Source of the DNA: Polyangiales bacterium
Lineage (GTDB): Bacteria; Myxococcota_A; Polyangia; Polyangiales; JADJQN01
Length of the DNA stretch: 64,000 bases
Reading direction: 5' to 3'
Assembly (NCBI GenBank): GCA_964202905.1
Contig: CAXNJO010000001.1
Location: forward strand, 32,001 to 96,000
Shown: positions 58,987-64,000 of the stretch, one piece after another
Layout: the number at the start of each line of letters is the position of its first letter
Numbering within the stretch: the first letter of the stretch is position 1
The notes under the pieces: model-generated
Told to the model about the DNA's origin: nothing
Databases searched by the model: none
The model's input: only the letters and a program-made list of their open reading frames with translations
Translations under genes and position numbers: made by a program

Positions 58987-61587
58987 CTACGACTTCGTGA
59001 AGAGGAGCTGCCCGTCGGGCGCGACGTCGACGCGCACGGTGTCCCCGGGGCCGTAGCCGCCGCGCAGGACCTCCTCGGCGAGCGGGTCTTGCAGGTACTT
59101 GAGGATCACGCGCTTCAGCGGGCGCGCGCCGAAGGCCGGCTCGTAGCCGAGCTCGGTGATGCGGTCCTTCGCGGCGTCGCTGATCTCGAGCCCGAGCCGC
59201 CGCTCGGCGAGCAGGCGCCCGAGCCCGCGCAGCTGGATGTCCGCGATCCCGCGCAGATCCTGCTTCGAGAGCCGATCGAAGATCACGACGTCGTCGATGC
59301 GGTTGATGAACTCGGGGCGGAAGCTGCCGCGCAGGATCGCCTGCATCTTCTCGCGGAGCGCGTCGGCGTCGCCCTCGTGGTCGAGGATCGCGTGCCCGCC
59401 GACGTTGCTCGTCATGATGATCACGGTCTCGCTGAAGTTCGCGAGGTTGCCGCGCGAGTCGGTGAGGCGGCCGTCGTCGAGCACCTGCAAAAGGATGTTG
59501 AAGACGTCGGGGTGCGCCTTCTCGAGCTCGTCGAAGAGCACGACGCTGTACGGGCGGCGACGCACGGCCTCGGTGAGGAAGCCGCCCTCCTCGCTGTCGA
59601 CGTAGCCGGGCGGCGAGCCGATCAGCCGCGCGACCGTGTGCTTCTCCATGAACTCGCTCATGTCGAGGCGGGTCATGGCCGTCTCGTCGTCGAAGAGGAA
59701 CTCGGCGAGCGCCTTCGCCGCCTCCGTCTTGCCGACGCCCGTCGGCCCGAGGAAGAGGAAGGAGCCGATGGGCTTCTTCGGGTCGCGCAGCCCCACGCGG
59801 CCGCGGCGCACGGCCTTCGACACGGCCCGCAGCGCGGCCTCCTGGCCGATGACGCGCCGCGTCAAACGCTCCTCCATGTGGAGCAGCTTCTCGGCCTCGC
59901 CCTCGAGCATCTTCGCGACCTGCACGCCCGTCCACGCGCTCACGACGGCGGCGACGTCCTGGTCGGAGACGACGTCGCGGACCATCCCCGGCCCCGCCGC
60001 GTCGCGCTGCTTCACGAGCTCGGCGAGGCGCTTCTCGAGCGCGGGCAGCGTGCCGAAGCGCAGCCCGTCCGCGCGCTCCGTCTCGCCCGCGGCCCGCGCC
60101 GCGCCCTCGTCGCGCTGCGCCGCGGTGAGCTCCTCGCGCGCATGACGCAGGGCAGCGAGCCCGGCGAGCTCCACCTGCCAGCGGGCGCGCAGCTCGGCGA
60201 CGCGCGGCTCGAGCGCGCCGAGCTCACGCGCGAGCGCCTCGCGCGCCTGCGCGCTCGCGTCGTCGGTGTCGTCCTCGAGCGAGACGAGCTGCACGCGCAG
60301 CGTCTCGATGCGGCGCGCGGCGCTGTCGAGGTCGGCGGGGACGCTGTCGTTCTCGACGCGCACGCGCGCCGCGGACTCGTCGATGAGGTCGATGGCCGAG
60401 CGCGGGAGCGAGACGCGCGGCACGTAGCGCCGCGCGAAGTTCGCCGCCGCGACGAGCGCCGGATCCGAGATGCGCACGCCCTGCGCGAGCTCGAAGCGCG
60501 AGACGACGCCGCGCAGGATGGCGAGCGTCTCCTCGGGCGTCGGCGGGGCGATGGCGATCTGCACGAAGCGCCCCACGAGCGGCCCCTCCTCGAGCGACTT
60601 CTTCACGGCGCCCGGCGTCCCGACGGCGATGACGCGCAGCTCGCCGCGCACGAGCGCGGTGCTGAGCATCTCCGCGGCGCCACGCTCGCCCGCGAGCTGC
60701 GCGACCTCAGGCACGAAGAGGATCACCTCGCCCGCCGCGTCGCGGACGGCGTCGAGCACCGCGCGCATCCGCTCCTCGAGCTCGCCGCGCAGCTTCGCGC
60801 CGGCGATGAGCTGCCCCAGCTCGAGCGCGACGAGCCGCTTGCCCTGGAGCATCCCCGGCACGTCGCCGCGCGCCATGCGCTGCGCGAGCGCGTGCACGAT
60901 CGCCGTCTTGCCGATGCCCGACTCGCCCACGAGCAGCGGGTGGTTGTCGGTGCGCCGCGCGAGCACCTGCAACATGCGCCGCAGCTCCGCGTCGCGGCCC
61001 ACGGTGCGGTCGAGCCGGCCCTGCGCGGCGAGCGCGGTGAGGTCGCGCCCGTAGCGCGCGAGCACGTTGCCAGTGGGCTTGCCCGCGCCCGGCGGCGAGG
61101 GCCGACGACCGAGGCCGAACCGCGCGCGCGCGGAGTCGGCGTCGACCGACTGCCCCGCGATCGTCGCGCGGAGGATCGGCGCCGAAAGACCGAGCGCCTT
61201 CAGCACCGTCGAGACCGGGCCGCTCGTCTCCTGCGCGCTCGCGACGAAGAGGCTCGGCACGTCGACGGACTGCCCGCCCGCCCGCGCGGCCTCGCCCTCG
61301 GCGCGCGCGAGGAGCTCGAGCATGCGCGGCGAGAGGTACGCGACGGACCCCGGCAGGCGCGGCAGGCGGCGGAGCTGCGACTCGGCCTCGACGAGCGCGT
61401 CGGCCGCGTCGACGCCCGCGCGCTCGAGCGCGGACTGCGCGGACGCATCGCGCTCGACGAGCCGGTAGAACAGGTGCACCGGCTCGACCTCGCCGTGCTT
61501 GCGCTCGTCGGCGAGCGCCTGCGCGGAGGCGATGAGGGCGCGGGCCTCGCGGGTGTACGCCTCCAACTGCAGGGTGAGCTGGGTCAT
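58987..61587 (-). CDS. clpB: ClpB-family AAA+ chaperone with degenerate first nucleotide-binding domain
   Basis: Clp N domain, GESGIGKT, long M-domain, GPTGVGKT, RLDMSEFMEKH.VARLIGSPPGYV, FDELEKAH, FGARPLKR. Confidence 0.85.
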   Translation of the reverse strand: MTQLTLQLEAYTREARALIASAQALADERKHGEVEPVHLFYRLVERDASAQSALERAGVDAADALVEAESQLRRLPRLPGSVAYLSPRMLELLARAEGEAARAGGQSVDVPSLFVASAQETSGPVSTVLKALGLSAPILRATIAGQSVDADSARARFGLGRRPSPPGAGKPTGNVLARYGRDLTALAAQGRLDRTVGRDAELRRMLQVLARRTDNHPLLVGESGIGKTAIVHALAQRMARGDVPGMLQGKRLVALELGQLIAGAKLRGELEERMRAVLDAVRDAAGEVILFVPEVAQLAGERGAAEMLSTALVRGELRVIAVGTPGAVKKSLEEGPLVGRFVQIAIAPPTPEETLAILRGVVSRFELAQGVRISDPALVAAANFARRYVPRVSLPRSAIDLIDESAARVRVENDSVPADLDSAARRIETLRVQLVSLEDDTDDASAQAREALARELGALEPRVAELRARWQVELAGLAALRHAREELTAAQRDEGAARAAGETERADGLRFGTLPALEKRLAELVKQRDAAGPGMVRDVVSDQDVAAVVSAWTGVQVAKMLEGEAEKLLHMEERLTRRVIGQEAALRAVSKAVRRGRVGLRDPKKPIGSFLFLGPTGVGKTEAAKALAEFLFDDETAMTRLDMSEFMEKHTVARLIGSPPGYVDSEEGGFLTEAVRRRPYSVVLFDELEKAHPDVFNILLQVLDDGRLTDSRGNLANFSETVIIMTSNVGGHAILDHEGDADALREKMQAILRGSFRPEFINRIDDVVIFDRLSKQDLRGIADIQLRGLGRLLAERRLGLEISDAAKDRITELGYEPAFGARPLKRVILKYLQDPLAEEVLRGGYGPGDTVRVDVAPDGQLLFTKS

Positions 61588-61659
61588 CGGGCGCGCAGGA
61601 TAGCGCGACATGCCCGGCTCGGACGGCTGCGCGCGTGATGCGACGCGCCGATCCGCGGA

Positions 61660-62112
61660 CTACGGCGCGCCCGCGTCCGTGCGGCCCGGGGTGCAGCGGC
61701 CCTCGGCGCACGCGCTCGGCGCGCAGGCAGGCAGGCCGGGCGGCACCGCCTCGAGCGCGGTGACGATCTCGGCGGGCCCCGCGAGCGGCAGCGCGCGCAC
61801 GACGCAACCGCGCGCGACGACCACGCACGACGCGTCGCGCGCCGTGGCCTCGAAGCCGAACGTGCCCTCGCCGATCTCGCCGAAGGGCGGCACCGACTCG
61901 TCGCGCGACACGTCCGCGTCGTAGACCACCGCGGTGCCTTCGCAGCCGTCGAGCAGCACGCGCAGGCGCACACGCACCGCGGTCGCGCCGACGACGCCGC
62001 CATCGCCTCCGAAACGCACGCGCCACACGGCGGGGCTCGCGTCGCCGCAGCCTGCGGCGAGCACGGCGAGGAGCCCGACGAGCGCCGCCGTCGCGCGCGC
62101 GCTCACGGCCAC
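61660..62112 (-). CDS. Putative small lipoprotein
   Basis: Lipobox LAAGC-GD; six further Cys; DAG tail; overlaps the upstream gene. Confidence 0.65.
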   Translation of the reverse strand: MAVSARATAALVGLLAVLAAGCGDASPAVWRVRFGGDGGVVGATAVRVRLRVLLDGCEGTAVVYDADVSRDESVPPFGEIGEGTFGFEATARDASCVVVARGCVVRALPLAGPAEIVTALEAVPPGLPACAPSACAEGRCTPGRTDAGAP

Positions 62113-62969
62113 TCCACGAGCGGCACGCCGAGATCGGTGCGGTCGCTGCTGCGGCCAGCCACCACCACCGCGAACACCACGAGCACGGCGGCGATCGTCA
62201 CCCCGCCCGCGATGAGCCAGGTCGTGGACGTGTTATTTGAGGCCGGCGTCATCGTGCCGAGCCCGCCCGTGACATCGCCCTCGGGCGCCGCCGGGATGCT
62301 CGCCTGCGAGGGGGCGCGCGCGCTGCCTTCGCGGGCGACGACCACCCCGCCCGGCCCGAGCGCCTCGACGTGGTACTCGACGCGCGTGCCCGGGAGACCG
62401 CCCACCGTCTCCTCGAGCGCCTCGCTGTGCTGCCACGCGCGCTCGCCCGCGACACGCCACGCGAGGCGGGTCCCGCGGACGACGGAGACGTCGTCGTCGA
62501 CCTCGATCACGACGCGGAGCCCGCCCTGCGCGGGGTAGATGTCGACGTCGAGCTCCGGGGGCTCGGGCTGCGCGATGCGGGCCTCGTCGAGCGCGGCGCG
62601 CAGCGCCTCGGGCGCGTCGGGCGGCGCCTGCCAGGAGGGCGCGAGCTCCACGATCGTGCGGGCCGTGCGCGCGAGCGCCGGCGCGTCGCCCAGCGCGGCC
62701 TCCGCACCCGCCCGCAGCGCGAGCAGCGGAGGAGGTCGCCCGCCGGCAGATCGTCACGCGCCTCGGCCTGCGCGACATCCGCCAGCGCGCCCGCGGCGTC
62801 GCCCGCTGCGAGCCGCGCCTGACCCCGCGCGAGCGCGGCGTCGAGGGCCTCCGCGCGCCCCGCGACGGCGAGGGCGACGACCAGCGCGACACAACCCAGC
62901 AGCGACGCGCCGCGCGCTCGCGGACGCAGCAGCGCGACGCAACGGCCACGCGGCGAGACGCGCGCTCAC
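62103..62969 (-). CDS. Exported TPR-like protein with C-terminal TM anchor; two apparent frameshifts
   Basis: GTG 62969 overlaps the DUF1844 stop. The signal peptide and helical part (..VALVVALAVAGRAEALDAALARGQ..) are in a shifted frame and rejoin LLALRAGAE..VELAPSW near 62730. Confidence 0.55.
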
Positions 62970-63280
62970 GGGCTCGACGGCGACTTCGCCTTCTCGAGAT
63001 AGCGGCGGCGGAGGTCGAAGAGGAGCTGGCCGAGCAGCCGCTCCTCGTCGCCGCTGAGGTTGCCGCGCGTCTTCTGCTCGAGCATGCCGAGCAGGTCGAT
63101 CGTGTGCCGCGCGAGCGGGAGGCTCGGCACGGCGGGACCGGGCGAGCCCGGCAGCGGCTCACCGAGGTGCATGAAGGCCGACGTGCCGATCGACAGCACG
63201 AACGTCGTGAAATCGACCGGCGGGTAAGCGCGAACGCCCTCCGGGAGATCGTCGTCCGCGCCGTCCTCGGTGCCGCTCAT
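62966..63280 (-). CDS. DUF1844-family protein
   Basis: DFTTFVLSIGTSAFMHLGE, LPLARHTIDLLGMLEQKTRGNL..EERLL..LLFDLR; GGAGG RBS. Confidence 0.9.
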   Translation of the reverse strand: MSGTEDGADDDLPEGVRAYPPVDFTTFVLSIGTSAFMHLGEPLPGSPGPAVPSLPLARHTIDLLGMLEQKTRGNLSGDEERLLGQLLFDLRRRYLEKAKSPSSP

Positions 63281-63317
63281 CGGGCCTCCCTGCCGCGCGC
63301 CGGGCGCGGCGTCCGCC

Positions 63318-63491
63318 TCACGCCTCGCCGTCCTCGTCCTCGTCGAGGAAGTCGTCGCCGATGACCTCGGCGTTCGCGGCGCGGTCGGGCAGCTGGGTCA
63401 GGAGCTTCGCGAGCTCCTTCGGGTCGACGACGCCCCGCGCGATGTTCCGCTTCACGACGCGCTTGTCGATCATGCTGTCTTCGTAGGCCAT
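63318..63491 (-). CDS. 57-aa small protein, absent from the ORF track
   Basis: MAYEDSMIDKRVVKRNIARGVVDPKELAKLLTQLPDRAANAEVIGDDFLDEDEDGEA; strong GC3 bias; candidate promoter upstream. Confidence 0.8.
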   Translation of the reverse strand: MAYEDSMIDKRVVKRNIARGVVDPKELAKLLTQLPDRAANAEVIGDDFLDEDEDGEA

Positions 63492-63539
63492 CGCAGTTCT
63501 TTCTGGGCGCCGCAGGGGGCGCGCCGGGGGTCGGCCGCG

Positions 63540-63567
63540 AGTGTAGGCAGACGCAGCCGCGAGTCAA
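63540..63567 (-). promoter_or_regulatory. Putative sigma70 promoter of the small protein-DUF1844-...-clpB cluster
   Basis: Minus strand TTGACT-16 bp-TACACT. Confidence 0.5.
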
Positions 63568-63638
63568 CGATCCGCGGCCCGACGAGGCACGCGGCCTTGC
63601 GGGACACGGGCGACGCTCCCAGTGTCGCCGACACCGCG

Positions 63639-64000
63639 ATGACGCACGGTCCCGCCGCCACGAGCACTGAGTCCGCCGCCCCCGCCCGCTGGTTCGCCCG
63701 CGGCGCGTGGGGCGTCCTCGCCTACACCATCGCCGTAATCGTGTGGGGCGCCTTCGTGCGCGCCTCCAAGAGCGGCGCGGGTTGCGGCGATCACTGGCCC
63801 GACTGCAAGGGCCGCATCGTGCCCTCGTTCGAGGACACCGCGACGTTGATCGAGTACGTGCACCGCGCGACCTCCGGCCTCTCGGGGCTGCTCGTGCTCG
63901 GGCTCGGCGTCGCGTCGCTCTTCGCCATGCCGCGCGGCCACGTCGTGCGGCGCTACGCGCTTTTGTCGGTCGTCTTCATGGTCACCGAGTCCGCGCTCGG
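63639..64000 (+). CDS. ctaA: Heme A synthase COX15/CtaA family (3' truncated by window edge)
   Basis: WGAFVRASKSGAGCGDHWPDCKG..LIEYVHR. Confidence 0.88.
   Translation, partial: MTHGPAATSTESAAPARWFARGAWGVLAYTIAVIVWGAFVRASKSGAGCGDHWPDCKGRIVPSFEDTATLIEYVHRATSGLSGLLVLGLGVASLFAMPRGHVVRRYALLSVVFMVTESAL

Overview
Very GC-rich bacterial chromosomal window. It is most likely Myxococcota of the Polyangiales/Sandaracinaceae type, inferred from a MYXO-CTERM-like protein, an AgmX/GltG-like protein, three Hanks-type kinases and many Cys-rich lipoproteins. It holds about 50 CDS and one tRNA-Gly(GCC). No CRISPR, integrase or IS was seen. Housekeeping genes: kbl-tdh, a DEAD/H helicase, dnaJ, hemW-ccmA-ccmB, a pseudouridine synthase, arfB, a lolC/E-like gene, slt and ctaA. 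The most notable region is a ~19 kb envelope block (37.2-56 kb). It contains a TraB-like OmpA/TSP3 gene followed by a TraA-like Cys-rich MYXO-CTERM gene, divergent tamB-tamA/bamA, a TlpA-[DUF6029-like Cys-tailed barrel]-TlpA operon, and Cys-rich lipoproteins sharing an acidic CGDDD(D) N-terminus. Other unusual proteins are a Ser/Thr kinase-PilZ fusion, a PHM/DBH-like copper monooxygenase lipoprotein, a degenerate hybrid histidine pseudo-kinase, a ClpB paralog with a degenerate first ATPase site, Kazal/antistasin lipoproteins, an orphan FliJ/SctO-like gene and an HxsC4-like radical SAM. At least five genes carry 1-bp indel frameshifts, probably sequencing or assembly errors. All family calls come from motif recognition by eye; no searches were run.
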